Virus record (IMG/VR): IMGVR_UViG_3300044608_001664
Source: an uncultured virus (IMG/VR IMGVR_UViG_3300044608_001664)
Taxonomy: Duplodnaviria > Heunggongvirae > Uroviricota > Caudoviricetes > Schitoviridae
Direction: 5' to 3' (one strand)
DNA length: 64,000 nucleotides
Shown here: positions 38,701 to 47,896 of the stretch, in pieces
Numbering within the stretch: position 1 is the first letter of the stretch
Layout of the letters: every line of letters begins with the position of its first letter
Program-made: the position numbers and the translations under genes
Notes under the pieces: model-generated
Told to the model about the DNA's origin: nothing
The model's input: the letters and a program-made list of their open reading frames with translations, nothing else
The model's database searches: none

Positions 38701-41700
38701 CCCCAGTACTTTGGCTTGTTCAAAATGAGCCAGTGCCACCAAGGCATCAAGGGAATGGAACTTCTCGCCCCCTGCTTTAACACCCTTCAAGAGGGTTTCC
38801 TGCTCGGCAGCGGTCAGGGATTCTGCACCTTCGTATATCTGCTTTTGCAGCACAGCCACAGCAGCCTTGATTTCCGGCGTACCCACCTTGGCATCAAACC
38901 CATCCAGGGACTTGGTATTGCCCTGCTTGTCCGTCTTGACTCCCAAGCCTTCCAATACTCGCAGCTTGAAGCTGTCCAGAGCATTCATACTGACCTTGGT
39001 TTCCCAAGCCTTACGGAACAGCATGAAGCGATGAATCTTGCTGGACTGCGGGTTGATCATGTTGGTAGCGATACCCACACGCTGCTGCTTCCAGACCGAA
39101 TGTTCGAAGTACAGGGGCTGTTCCAGTCCATTTTCAGACGGGAAAACAGTACCACCCACGTAATCCATGAAGTTACGGAATTCACGGATCAGCCCATCGT
39201 TCTTGGCCTGAATACTGGTGCGCTTCGATTTGTGCGTGGTCGAGGGGGAAATTGACTCTACCCCTACCATATCCAAGGCGATGGTTTCATCAAGCTGACC
39301 TATCAGATGCCACATATCCTGCCGAACATAGTTCGCTTCGGCATTCTTTTCAGTCACGATCTTGGCAAGACGTTCCGGTACTTGCTGGTTCGTGTTGCGA
39401 GTCATCTTCTGGCTGAACGGGATCGGCTCAAAACTCGGTTCCTTGGCTGCTGCTTCTACAGAGAACAGCTTATCCAGAAAGCCTTGAGAACCCTTGTTGG
39501 CCTTGTAGATGGATTCAGCCTTATCCAACAGGTTTCGCTGATTATCCCGAGCCAGGGAAATGAACTTGAATTGGGCCGTAACTTTGGTGTTTTCGTTGCC
39601 GGTCATGCGTTTCATGTCCGAGCCAGAAACAATTTCACGGACAAGGATCTTGTCATCCAACAACAGCTTCAAGGCATGTGCACCTAGTGCACTTTCAAGA
39701 CGAGGCATCAAGTCTTTCGGTGCATCCTTCGTGGCTTTCAAACCAAGCACCTGAACAGCACGCTGTCCCAGGCTATTGATTACTACGTTCTCACGAGTAC
39801 CTGCATAAGCCAAGGAATTCCGTTCTTGGTCAGTTACCAAATGGCCTTCATCACGCCCGAGGATCAGGTTGATTTCTTCATCCGAATTAGCTGCCGACCG
39901 GGTAGCGTTTTCAGCGATCCAACTGAAAGCTGCAATGGCGATAGCTGTCTTGGTGTTCTCTTCCAGGTCGAGTTGCTTGCCCTCCTTCTGGATCAGGAAC
40001 TGCACCATATCCTTGAAGTAAAACTTCGGGTCATCCTTGCGCCTGTTACCTGCAATCAGGTTGGCCTGGATCATCGGGAACCAACGAGCAGCTTCTTCCT
40101 TGAACTTGGTGAAAGCTGTGATCTGGGCATCCCCGTTGGCTGATTCCGGATTAAGCAAAAAGTCCTTCAGTGAGACAGAGCCTTCAGCCAGTTGGGAAAG
40201 GAAATTCTTGACCTTAACCAGCGGACGTTGAGCACCATTTTCCGTACCAGCAGATTGAATGAAGTAGTCACGGATCAGATCCTGTTCGTGATACGACTTA
40301 CCTACTGTGGGTTCCTTGCTGAAGTTTGCGAGCTTCCCATCTTCAACCGCTGCTGAATTGTCTGCAGTGGATTCAGTAGACTGTTGATCACCAGTTCTTT
40401 CATCTCCATTGAACTCATCTCCTTCATTGGAGGAGGTGTCAACTTCTTTCTGAATGGGGGAAGATTGTTCATCATTGACTTGATCCTGAACAGACGGCTT
40501 CTCTGCCGTCGTTGACGATGCAGAAGAGTCCACGCTACTGTCCACTGTAGAATGGTTGGAGTCCACTGTATCTACTGCAGTAGATTGAGTTGACTGAGTA
40601 GAACTGGAGTCAGCTACAGTCTCCTGATTCTTCCCAGTAGACTGCGCTTGCTGATTGTCAGGCGCGAACCGGAGGGTATAGGCATGGCGCAGCTCGGCCT
40701 GAGCATGATGAAGCGCCTTGAACCCTTCTTGGATTTTGCCGATCAGTTTCCCCGATCCTTTGTGGATGGTTAGTCCTTGCGCTTTACGGAGATCCTCATC
40801 CGTGAAAGGTGCAGCAGCCACTTCCCACCCCTGCTTGGTCGGCACGATCTGGATTGCCTTACCCGTCTTGGTGGCTTCTTGCATGGCTCGAATAGCAATG
40901 CGCGACTTGTCGGCATGGTTCTTCACGAACTTCGCCAGCATTGCCAGATTGCGATCTGCCTCTTTCTGATTGCCTGCCTGCAAAGCCTCAGCAACACGGG
41001 TACGATATTGGGCAATTCCCAATTGATTCTTGGCCGGATCTCCTTGCAGGATTTCCTTACCAACATCCCCCATCGTCTTCAAACGATTCTCTGCTTGGCG
41101 TGCTTCAGAAAAGCTACGCAGATAGGAGCGTTGGCCCTCGGAAAGGCCGTTGCTCATGTTGTTGGCCAACTTGGATGCTGCCTCGTGGGAGAGAGCATTC
41201 GGGTGGGCCATCGAAAGATTGATCACGGTATTGGCTGACTGCTTGACTTGGGCCAAGGCAGCTTGATCCTGGGGATCAACAGACAGGTCGGCTGCTGTCA
41301 CATGGCTATCCATGTCTTCCGGCTTGGGTTGAACCAGTTGAGTCAATCCATCCTTGACCGAACGAACGTCTTCAATCTGGCGATCCAGACGCGACAGCTC
41401 AGTGTTGAGCTGCTCAATCTCAGCAGGCTTGAGGGAAGCAACGTTCTCAGCTTCCTGAGCAACCATGTCCACGTATGCCTGGTTCTGGGCCTTCTGTTCC
41501 GGCGTCCATCCATCAATATGGGCTTGTGCTTCGGCAATACCTTCCGGCGTCATGTCGTAGGTTTCCTGCCGTTGAGCTTCCAGATCAGAAACGATCTTGC
41601 TGGCTTGTTCCAGATTAGCCTGCTTGGTTTCTTCGCTGGTCGTTTCTAGCTGGGCATGCCCAAACAGTACCTGAGCAGCTTTGACTGGATCATGTGAACT

Positions 41701-43089
41701 GCTCTTTGGATCGAGATAGCCAGAAACATCATTGGTTTCGATGGCCTTGGTATGGTCCAGCTTGGCTTGTGCCTTGTCGGCCTTCTTCTCGGTGATTCCT
41801 GCTGCTGCCTTGCCTACTTCCTGAAGGGCATGGACACCACCGGACATAGGAGCACCAGTGAGCAAGCCAAGAGAGGCACCAAGATTCACATCTTCCAGAG
41901 TTGCATCTTGGCCCTTGGCGGCTGCTTCCGTAGCAGTCTGAGCACCTTCAGTGAGGTACTCACCTGCACCACCCTTGGCAGTGGCTTTAGTCACTCGTCC
42001 AATAGGCGAATCATTGACTGCGGCCGGAAGACCCAACAGACGTTCCTTGAGCGTCTTGCGAGCCACCTCTTCCACAGCATCTTCACCAGCCTTGGCAGCA
42101 CCCTTACCTGCGCCCTTGAGGACGCCAGTAATATCCATCAGCTTGTCACCAACGATCTCAGCAGCAGCCGAAGCGGCGGCCCATCCTGCCGTCTTGGCCA
42201 GTTCAGTATCGGAGGGCATGGCCCCATTGCCCTTCTTGACCTTGGCTTGTACACCTTCCCCGAAGGTATCCAATCCGTAGAGCAGGTTGTAGGCAGTGCC
42301 TGGGACATTCCCTGCGGCTGCCGACAGGAGATTCGGTGCCTGGTCGATCAGGGATTCCACCACAGCCTTGGGATTCTTCGAACCAGCTTTGACCGCATTG
42401 CTGATAGAGCCAGCGACCCCAGAGGCGACATTACCAACCCCGTCGATATAGCTGCCGTCCTTGAGCTGCTGCACACCATCACGGACCTTGGATACATCTT
42501 CCCGGCTGGCATCGGTGATATCAGCCTGCAGTTGTTGGGTATCCCCTTGATATACCCGATTGGACAGGTCAAAGAATTCCCGGACACCCTGAGCATTCTT
42601 GAAGGATTCCTCCATCTGCTGCACACGTTCACGATTGGTGATATGTCCAGCTTTGGGTTTGTAACCTTCAGTGAGCTTGCCTACCGGACGAGCCAGAAGA
42701 TCCAGATCAGCTTGAGTAGCTTTCCCAGCCAGTTCATTGGCACGGGCTTGCTTCACATCATCCGGGACATTGGTATTCTCAGCAGCGCCAATCAGATCCC
42801 AAACACCCGAGCCAACCATACCAGAGGCTTTGGAGAAAGCAGATCCCAAACGGACAGCCGTATTTACAGCAGTGCCAGCAACCCCATCAGGATCTAAGCC
42901 AGCCATACCAACCACAGATTCTTTTAACGAAGCATCAGCCACCACCTTTTGGGCCTGACGTTCGGCGCTATATTGAGAAAGTGCTTTGATTTTCGATTGC
43001 GTGGCTTCTTCCAGAGCCTGCAATTTATCGGTGCCATTTGGATTGAAGGGGCGACGACGCAAATATGCGTCCATATCAAACTCGGCCAT
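32740..43089 (-). CDS. virion-encapsidated RNA polymerase (N4 gp50-like)
   Basis: 3449 aa, no Cys seen; EIDGVTNGP, RNIIKTPLT, NVHDA motifs. Confidence 0.95.
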   Translation of the reverse strand: MAEFDMDAYLRRRPFNPNGTDKLQALEEATQSKIKALSQYSAERQAQKVVADASLKESVVGMAGLDPDGVAGTAVNTAVRLGSAFSKASGMVGSGVWDLIGAAENTNVPDDVKQARANELAGKATQADLDLLARPVGKLTEGYKPKAGHITNRERVQQMEESFKNAQGVREFFDLSNRVYQGDTQQLQADITDASREDVSKVRDGVQQLKDGSYIDGVGNVASGVAGSISNAVKAGSKNPKAVVESLIDQAPNLLSAAAGNVPGTAYNLLYGLDTFGEGVQAKVKKGNGAMPSDTELAKTAGWAAASAAAEIVGDKLMDITGVLKGAGKGAAKAGEDAVEEVARKTLKERLLGLPAAVNDSPIGRVTKATAKGGAGEYLTEGAQTATEAAAKGQDATLEDVNLGASLGLLTGAPMSGGVHALQEVGKAAAGITEKKADKAQAKLDHTKAIETNDVSGYLDPKSSSHDPVKAAQVLFGHAQLETTSEETKQANLEQASKIVSDLEAQRQETYDMTPEGIAEAQAHIDGWTPEQKAQNQAYVDMVAQEAENVASLKPAEIEQLNTELSRLDRQIEDVRSVKDGLTQLVQPKPEDMDSHVTAADLSVDPQDQAALAQVKQSANTVINLSMAHPNALSHEAASKLANNMSNGLSEGQRSYLRSFSEARQAENRLKTMGDVGKEILQGDPAKNQLGIAQYRTRVAEALQAGNQKEADRNLAMLAKFVKNHADKSRIAIRAMQEATKTGKAIQIVPTKQGWEVAAAPFTDEDLRKAQGLTIHKGSGKLIGKIQEGFKALHHAQAELRHAYTLRFAPDNQQAQSTGKNQETVADSSSTQSTQSTAVDTVDSNHSTVDSSVDSSASSTTAEKPSVQDQVNDEQSSPIQKEVDTSSNEGDEFNGDERTGDQQSTESTADNSAAVEDGKLANFSKEPTVGKSYHEQDLIRDYFIQSAGTENGAQRPLVKVKNFLSQLAEGSVSLKDFLLNPESANGDAQITAFTKFKEEAARWFPMIQANLIAGNRRKDDPKFYFKDMVQFLIQKEGKQLDLEENTKTAIAIAAFSWIAENATRSAANSDEEINLILGRDEGHLVTDQERNSLAYAGTRENVVINSLGQRAVQVLGLKATKDAPKDLMPRLESALGAHALKLLLDDKILVREIVSGSDMKRMTGNENTKVTAQFKFISLARDNQRNLLDKAESIYKANKGSQGFLDKLFSVEAAAKEPSFEPIPFSQKMTRNTNQQVPERLAKIVTEKNAEANYVRQDMWHLIGQLDETIALDMVGVESISPSTTHKSKRTSIQAKNDGLIREFRNFMDYVGGTVFPSENGLEQPLYFEHSVWKQQRVGIATNMINPQSSKIHRFMLFRKAWETKVSMNALDSFKLRVLEGLGVKTDKQGNTKSLDGFDAKVGTPEIKAAVAVLQKQIYEGAESLTAAEQETLLKGVKAGGEKFHSLDALVALAHFEQAKVLGKGNFTVQMMGEIDGVTNGPMLSHLLLGAASSAKELFGLLNRGGFFEEGNADSQYNIWRGKPGQTDLYETTTRHVMNNVRRMVQAKGKDAVDQRMLTAVYAFTGQLENEKTQAIEKAGRNIIKTPLTAMVFGSSVDSALNSMANKFVESVYDAMEATATNKKDALSQADLITNLRQLGISITTKDSLLEREFTEDEISRLKNVFRGTLGKAVEATMKQDFAVFMENRKTLNKVAQAAFALYDAAYQGYRQEFLDEMVQRTKDGRTDGIAIDGVGKPIRDLTQAEERDLRKKVDALFPVIHTLMSKDSNNQKAGLLSAKTDRKLSDESMYESSIQFGQAFGDNGAFSVGAHAYNRVEIDPGVAMMVMLIHSTDSAISHYAAEGNEVLNVHDAHGSGLGQFDQTARNLNKATWNAMLNYSPASEMLGMFERTAQGLDSLMSEGVPDVVKDKVASAINKLATDAKIDPKVFLSDLAVNASSVANQADKIKLEALAQMGFIDQYALEGGNYEVTNEDRAAAQTKLAQVPSGTSEALMNAVKKIEDSLGLGASSTNTVKPAVKAEAVLDTRWGGEGKPAIESDPELVALFEKRSVLTAPQAIRVLAKKLSAGKSNNIQEFNLRLLKLIEKTVNPELTIRYVTPSTANDQVLEGPSDASRGWYVSKNGQEVIYALSPEFKFSGLTDETLLHELTHGALARTIEQELEAKKANPKYTSPALRLINELESLRGKAIQFITENNLSQFKAAVTNVHELVAWGMSNLDFQKQVLNQITMTSKTQKNVLIKGMKAFIDILTGLLFRTSNKTAEEQARNGMGVLISNVSGLFHQASKANKPSVPDINLSMAAQVRNMTTLDIFESLSGNSSKFTNQMRGLLEGIVSKLHGPFGSLKESRMSNTVLSPTDLWLQSLVAGEAPFASEALASGFRFNDQEAFVLEQVEATVRAAVDDNENQSTFAYSELAKLYQEVRAAVRAQDFVTAGIAPNLQAAQSLYDFIFKMEKHQGNRSDYLARFAAVGLAHEGFNKVLDMATSRRTQIDQAKGFVERLEAYFQKVMGWIVGKVTHTYEGQAANVKLEHLVDQLIGIEAKKRAQLLHRESTLLEPLEAKGQEAVEFVRKKVGEFGRSAIFKQSKNGFVNAAGAVLSTIAQDRVDFLMEGFNRLRDQQFRKRHGVLAGLINEIRGANDSNKVFHALLRETKHQEGERKNEITAASRIVLESFANKGQDLTEKEKEAISYIFLRTDMVSLLDQHKMSGIAQLLNSPSSLAQEIRNLEAQLATYPQFQHYFTKQAKVTGYYLTSSESRGAHLMLNAGNIARLSGTPHAGSLSEQQATQVEHILEQLITLRAIEYADQDQKSVAKNVLYREMNRPDGNGVEMVLKLHRELQKQSKERLFEDADALYSKGYTPEIYNPYREVKVANLVEGEKLKKMGYVRGAAVSLDPSEKNQGEIQHLYLLRDGGLRAHTTGTMSYTGMRAKGSRARTDGAKDINDWRANQDDLTAIHRSKANAINRMFAADPNFDPRKVKENYAVPVLDAQGRAMDYRYLMQAGTKDVLLERDNRFEKILGALAGSIYDKETSTEQNRKVVEALYQQYHEEFAHRSESYVRIGPDSTDAEHREIWQLLPESTKQAVREIWGSEGMLVRIDLLDINFGYRKSSLSDVFTKEAAQRNIAEKFFADFLTHILGEKAALRVRQFEDIWQEVVKETKDILVVKTGVTLMGNVMSNLSQLLWFGVNPKDILHHHRVALKGVSDYRKDSALLADIKLKLSSGYTHGNQAELEREVIRLEDALARNPVKELIEAGLMPSIVEDVAADDDLYSYKSRFVRNTEKFTKGLNPNVLAVGRMVYMAKDTKAYQALSYGTQVSDFVARYTLYQHLTNRKKNPMDKDATIQLVSDAFVNYDIPSHRTIQYLNDMGALYFTKYYLRIQKVIAHLYRDQPGRALAILALGEYFNSPVLTDSQFIHRMNNPLQAGALKFPGSLDELATIKAGMAMF

Positions 43090-43131
43090 ATTCAGTTTCT
43101 CACTATCTTGTGGGGATGGCCGATATTCTAA

Positions 43132-43160
43132 ATAAAAAGGCGGGGAATTACCCCGCCTTA
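43132..43160 (-). terminator. intrinsic terminator upstream of the vRNAP gene
   Basis: AAGGCGGGG-TAATT-CCCCGCCTT then T run on minus strand. Confidence 0.8.
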
Positions 43161-43181
43161 TTTAAATTGATTCCAGTTTAT

Positions 43182-44537
43182 TTACTCACCAGTTTCCAAT
43201 AGTCGTTTAACACGGAAAGGAACCTTTCCAGTCTTTTGAGCAATCGACAGTTCTTCAGGGGTCAACATGCTCATAGCTTTTGCTTTTCGAGCTTCCATAA
43301 CTGAAGAAATCACCGCACTTCCAGAATCGTCCATTGAATCGGATGGCTTTGGGATAACTGAACGTGCCGAAGTACGGGAATTGGATTTAATAGAAACCGC
43401 TGGGTTTTCCTCTGCGTTACGCAGTGCACGATACTGAATCCCTTGTGCCTGCAACGCTTGTTGAAGAGACTCCACATAAGTGGGTTCGCGCATCAAACTT
43501 TCTACCTTTTTGATGGTGCGATCCCCACGCCCAGACCCAACAAGCCAATTAGGGCGTAAGGCAGAATCCATACCTGCTGCTTCTACTGCAGATAGTGCAG
43601 TTGAAACGGGAAGACCGATACGAATGTCTTCTCCCTTATCGTTGACACCTACCCGTACCCCATTTCCGTAGGTATCTGCCAAAGTACGGTATGCGCTTTC
43701 AGCTTCATCAGCCGGAATACCTAACTTCTTCAATCCTTCCATGAACTTTGTCTTACCTTCGTAAGTGTTCATGGTGCCAGCGTCCATGGGGCTGTTCTTG
43801 ATCAGAAGCTCTGCAGCAGCCTTCTCTGCCTTTGATGCTGCCAAAGCGGCTTTGAGGGATGCTGTAGAGGAGGAGCTTTCAGCCCTATAGTGTTCTGCCG
43901 CTGCATTGGCTTGGTTGATATGAGCGTTGTCAACCCGGCGCTTGGAGGCAGTGGTCAGCATGTCATCAGCGAACTTCTTCTCTGCACGATCCCATTCGAC
44001 ATTCTGATGGTCGGTATCCCTCATCTTGCCTGCAATCTCTGATGCTTTCGGAAGCATGCCATTGCCTGCATAAATCCCAAGAGCTTCCTTGGCACTCTTA
44101 CGCAGATCCTTGTCCTCAGACAAAGCCATGACATTAAGCCGATCAACAATAGGTCGTGCATCACGTTCCTGCTGCTGATCAGCAAACTGATTGGCCTTGA
44201 CCGTGCGATCCTGTAGAACAGAAAGACGCCCATCCATAGCTGCTCGTGCGGCAGCTCGGTCAATCTGTGCACCATACTTCCCAGCATCCAATTCCCCTGA
44301 AGCCAAGGCAGCTTGGTACTCTTCCGGGGTACGGTACTTGTTGATGGAATCCAGAAAAGCCTGGGTGTTGTTGTCACGAATCTGCCTCTGATTAGCGTCA
44401 GCAGTATTCTCGTATTGCTTGAGGGTATCCCCCAAACCAGCGAAAACACTCTTGAAGCTACTCTGAGCAAGCGCCAACGCCTGAAGGGGATCAGATGTAG
44501 GTGCATTCACGTTTTGCCAAGTAATCGGTCGGCTCAT
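43182..44537 (-). CDS. internal virion (ejection) protein, N4 gp51 position
   Basis: ITWQNV N-terminus; helical; synteny. Confidence 0.75.
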   Translation of the reverse strand: MSRPITWQNVNAPTSDPLQALALAQSSFKSVFAGLGDTLKQYENTADANQRQIRDNNTQAFLDSINKYRTPEEYQAALASGELDAGKYGAQIDRAAARAAMDGRLSVLQDRTVKANQFADQQQERDARPIVDRLNVMALSEDKDLRKSAKEALGIYAGNGMLPKASEIAGKMRDTDHQNVEWDRAEKKFADDMLTTASKRRVDNAHINQANAAAEHYRAESSSSTASLKAALAASKAEKAAAELLIKNSPMDAGTMNTYEGKTKFMEGLKKLGIPADEAESAYRTLADTYGNGVRVGVNDKGEDIRIGLPVSTALSAVEAAGMDSALRPNWLVGSGRGDRTIKKVESLMREPTYVESLQQALQAQGIQYRALRNAEENPAVSIKSNSRTSARSVIPKPSDSMDDSGSAVISSVMEARKAKAMSMLTPEELSIAQKTGKVPFRVKRLLETGE

Positions 44538-44539
44538 GG

Positions 44540-45028
44540 TTAGACCACCTTATTCTTGGCCATGTAGGCATCCAAGGATTCATACGCCCCACTGTTACTC
44601 GCTACCCGAGCACGTTGGCGATCCTCCATTGCTGTGTTTGCCAGAGTACGCTGGGCACCATAGTTGAGGTCGAATTGCTTCTTCTGTTGGGCAAGACTCT
44701 TCTTGGCAAAATCCAGTTGTTGCATACCCATCCAGCCATTCATCAAACTGGATAGGCCGCCCATGATAGGGCCAGCAGCTCCCATGTGTTTGATGCCTGA
44801 AGTGGTATCAGTCCATCCAAATGCCTTGTCAAACCAACCAGGCTCATACGCGGAAGCAGCTCCGCCTCCTCCCATTGATACAGGTGCAGCATAAGAAAAC
44901 CCTGCAGCTTCAGGGGCACCCATAGAAGTAACCCCCGAAGTGTTCTGAGGGAAATCTAAGGAGTTCCCCCCATACCCAACAATGTTTTTAAATTGTGGGA
45001 TCGTGCCCCAGTCATCCAAATACGCCAT
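44540..45028 (-). CDS. virion structural protein, N4 gp52-like
   Basis: Gly-rich; NYGAQRTLANTAMEDRQRARVAS. Confidence 0.78.
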   Translation of the reverse strand: MAYLDDWGTIPQFKNIVGYGGNSLDFPQNTSGVTSMGAPEAAGFSYAAPVSMGGGGAASAYEPGWFDKAFGWTDTTSGIKHMGAAGPIMGGLSSLMNGWMGMQQLDFAKKSLAQQKKQFDLNYGAQRTLANTAMEDRQRARVASNSGAYESLDAYMAKNKVV

Positions 45029-45051
45029 ATTAGTTACCCATTCAAGTTTAG

Positions 45052-45495
45052 TTAATAGGTGTTACAAAACATCTGATTACCTATTTTATTACAATAGGTA
45101 GTTCGCGGTTGATTGTTGAACGACTGGTTCATATCATCTCTATCAATCTGGGCAGCCTGGATGTTTCTGTTTCTTTGCTGATCCACCTCATGAATTTGAA
45201 TAGCTGCCGAATTACATTCACTCTTTGAAATATTGAATACTCTAGTTTTTTGATAGGCAACTTCCGCCTCAAGACGCTCAGTGGAATAACTCCAAGTATT
45301 GAATTTACTCTTTTCCTGTGCGATCCCTAGAGCCGCTACATCCTGGGAAATGTGCCCCCTCATACTACAGTCCTGAAGTCCCATCACTCGGGTGACAAAT
45401 TTTGCGTAGTTATCATCGGGCATCAAAGGACGTTGAGTTGCACAGCCAACCAAACCAGTTGCAATCATCAGGGCTACGATCACTTGCTTGTTCAT
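45052..45495 (-). CDS. lipoprotein inserted in the structural operon
   Basis: Signal MNKQVIVALMIATG-LVGC lipobox; C-term TTYCNKIGNQMFCNTY. Confidence 0.8.
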   Translation of the reverse strand: MNKQVIVALMIATGLVGCATQRPLMPDDNYAKFVTRVMGLQDCSMRGHISQDVAALGIAQEKSKFNTWSYSTERLEAEVAYQKTRVFNISKSECNSAAIQIHEVDQQRNRNIQAAQIDRDDMNQSFNNQPRTTYCNKIGNQMFCNTY

Positions 45496-45526
45496 GGGAC
45501 TCTCCTGTAAAGATGGTGTAAGTATC

Positions 45527-47836
45527 TCACACTGCTTGAGGTTGGAAGAGGGTCAACGTATCCCTTGGTTTAGGAAGCTCCAAGTTCAGATCGACATAGT
45601 GAGAGATCGCATCTATGGAGAGTGTCCCTACATTCCCAGAGTGGATCGTTCGATTGAAGTAATCTTCAGGAGCTTCCCCAAAGATGATGAAAGGGGATAC
45701 GTTGCTCTGGGTATCCAGGAGTTTGTAGGCTTCCTCCAACAACTCCATCTTTTTTTCTACCATCAGCCCAAATGCTTCTCCTTCTTCCTTCAATCCAAGA
45801 AGTGCCTCGTTGATTACATCAACAGCTCCATTAGCTAACCCAGAAGCAGTTTTTAGTAATTCTTCTGCCCATGGGGCACCTGGAACGTTACCCCCTGCCA
45901 ATTTTAAGAAAGACCCATAAATTGCCATTGCAGCCGCTAACAAAATAGCGAATTTAGGCCCAAGGATTTTGGCTATAAAACTGAATCCAATTTTTACTGC
46001 TACAGCAACAATAATCGCTTTTAAGATAATTGTTGCTGCTAATTGGTAATTAGATGCCTGTAATGCTCCAGCAAGTTGCATCGCAGTACCCCCATCACTT
46101 CCAAGAGAAATGACGGTCCAAACAAAAGCCACCATGGTAACAAACGTGGCAAACCAGTCTTGCTCATACCAAGCCAAGGTAATCACCATCATGGAATTGA
46201 ATACATAATGAAATGACCGGGAGTACAGAATTTCATTATCCAGACTTGAATAATGCTGAGTGATCGAATAATCCAAAGGGATTATGCGAATATTATTGTT
46301 ATTCTTATCACTGGTTGCGTTGTAGTTTTGGAAAATGTAATAAGCCATCTCAAGTCCATAAACCTGAACATCCTCATACACATTTTCAGAAATTTGTTTC
46401 TTATAGTGATGACACACCAGTGGTTTAATGTAGGAGGTTGTTACTCCAGGTAGGAATCCCCCGTGTATTTCTTCTTGAGTAAAGCTGGTGGTATCAGTTT
46501 CATATTCAGCGGATAACTTTCCAATCTTTCTGACGATTCGCATTGTTTTGTACCGGAGATTCATTTTCAAGCGTTTATCTTGAATCAGAATTCCGGAGCT
46601 GGCTTTCTTATCCCGAAGCAGCTTAGGGACTGGATCGTGCAAACCATAAAGGCCACTCGCCCCAGTCTCACTATCTACCTTCTTAAAGAAGTCGTATAGA
46701 TACCGGATCTCCAAAGGATCTGTGGTATCCGCAGGCACACCCATCATCAAGAAGGCTTGCTGTACATCGTCAATATCCGGGTTTTCGTCAATGGCATCAG
46801 CAACATCTTGAAATGGCAGGCCCAGATATTTACACAGTTTTTTGGTATCCCGATAATCCTCCCCTGTAGGATTTACAGCGGTACTTTCTGCTTCATACCG
46901 GAAATATATCCAGGGAAAGAAACTACCCAGCCCATTCATATCCGTGGTGTAAATAGCGTCTAATTGGGAATATGTCCCTTGACCTAATTCATAGGTGAAA
47001 TATTTATAGGTGTAGGAGTACTCTCCTTCAAATCCTATGAAATCAAGGGGTGGCTTAATTACAGTCACATAATGGTATTTACCCTGAACATACATTTTTC
47101 CATAATCTGCTTCATTACGGACATATGGAATATCAAGATACTCTTCAAAATACTGTTTTGATTTTCCCGATCCTGTTTGCCAGCAATACGTTACCCGGAA
47201 ATAATCCGAAGTCGCTTCAGTATCCACCCTGACAGGGGTATATCCCGCAGAAGGGGTTGAATGTTCTGCCAGGTACTGCATGGTAGGACGTACAGGAGTC
47301 ATCCCTGAATCAGGAGAAATGCCCCAATTCATTACCGAGTTAATGTGGGTGGCTTCCATGGATTCAGGGGAAACTACCAGTTCCATATTAACCAAGTACA
47401 CAGGCACACCCTTCTGAGCAGACAACACGCTCAGGGTGTTGGGCTGTTGGGAAAACCCATAGGTATCCTGAAGGACTGTAAACGCATAGTGGAATGCGTT
47501 GAAGGAGTCAGCATAGGTGTAATCAACAGTGACTTCCCTACCCTCAATGGTTTCATAAAGGGCTGCAGCTACAGCCCCTGCATCAGCAGATGAAAGCACC
47601 TTCATCTCGGGCAAGCCGTGGATGTAATTGTCCTTTGCCCAGCGATACATTCGTTCAGCGCGAACGCCCACGTTATTGGTGGACGCATCCATCAGGTACT
47701 CTGGTAACTGGGGATCATTATTGAAGATCATCTGGAGTACGCTGGATTTCAGGGAATCCGGGAGCATCTTGTCCTCGATAGCCCGAGATACCTGCGTACC
47801 CACTACAATTACTTTTTCGTCGCTGAAGATTCCCAT
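45527..47836 (-). CDS. virion/tail protein, N4 gp53-like
   Basis: Synteny; C-terminal hydrophobic segments. Confidence 0.75.
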   Translation of the reverse strand: MGIFSDEKVIVVGTQVSRAIEDKMLPDSLKSSVLQMIFNNDPQLPEYLMDASTNNVGVRAERMYRWAKDNYIHGLPEMKVLSSADAGAVAAALYETIEGREVTVDYTYADSFNAFHYAFTVLQDTYGFSQQPNTLSVLSAQKGVPVYLVNMELVVSPESMEATHINSVMNWGISPDSGMTPVRPTMQYLAEHSTPSAGYTPVRVDTEATSDYFRVTYCWQTGSGKSKQYFEEYLDIPYVRNEADYGKMYVQGKYHYVTVIKPPLDFIGFEGEYSYTYKYFTYELGQGTYSQLDAIYTTDMNGLGSFFPWIYFRYEAESTAVNPTGEDYRDTKKLCKYLGLPFQDVADAIDENPDIDDVQQAFLMMGVPADTTDPLEIRYLYDFFKKVDSETGASGLYGLHDPVPKLLRDKKASSGILIQDKRLKMNLRYKTMRIVRKIGKLSAEYETDTTSFTQEEIHGGFLPGVTTSYIKPLVCHHYKKQISENVYEDVQVYGLEMAYYIFQNYNATSDKNNNNIRIIPLDYSITQHYSSLDNEILYSRSFHYVFNSMMVITLAWYEQDWFATFVTMVAFVWTVISLGSDGGTAMQLAGALQASNYQLAATIILKAIIVAVAVKIGFSFIAKILGPKFAILLAAAMAIYGSFLKLAGGNVPGAPWAEELLKTASGLANGAVDVINEALLGLKEEGEAFGLMVEKKMELLEEAYKLLDTQSNVSPFIIFGEAPEDYFNRTIHSGNVGTLSIDAISHYVDLNLELPKPRDTLTLFQPQAV

Positions 47837-47896
47837 CTTGAATCCCTAAATAAAAAAGGAGGCGAATGCCCCCTTTCTTGAGTTGCACTGGTTTGG

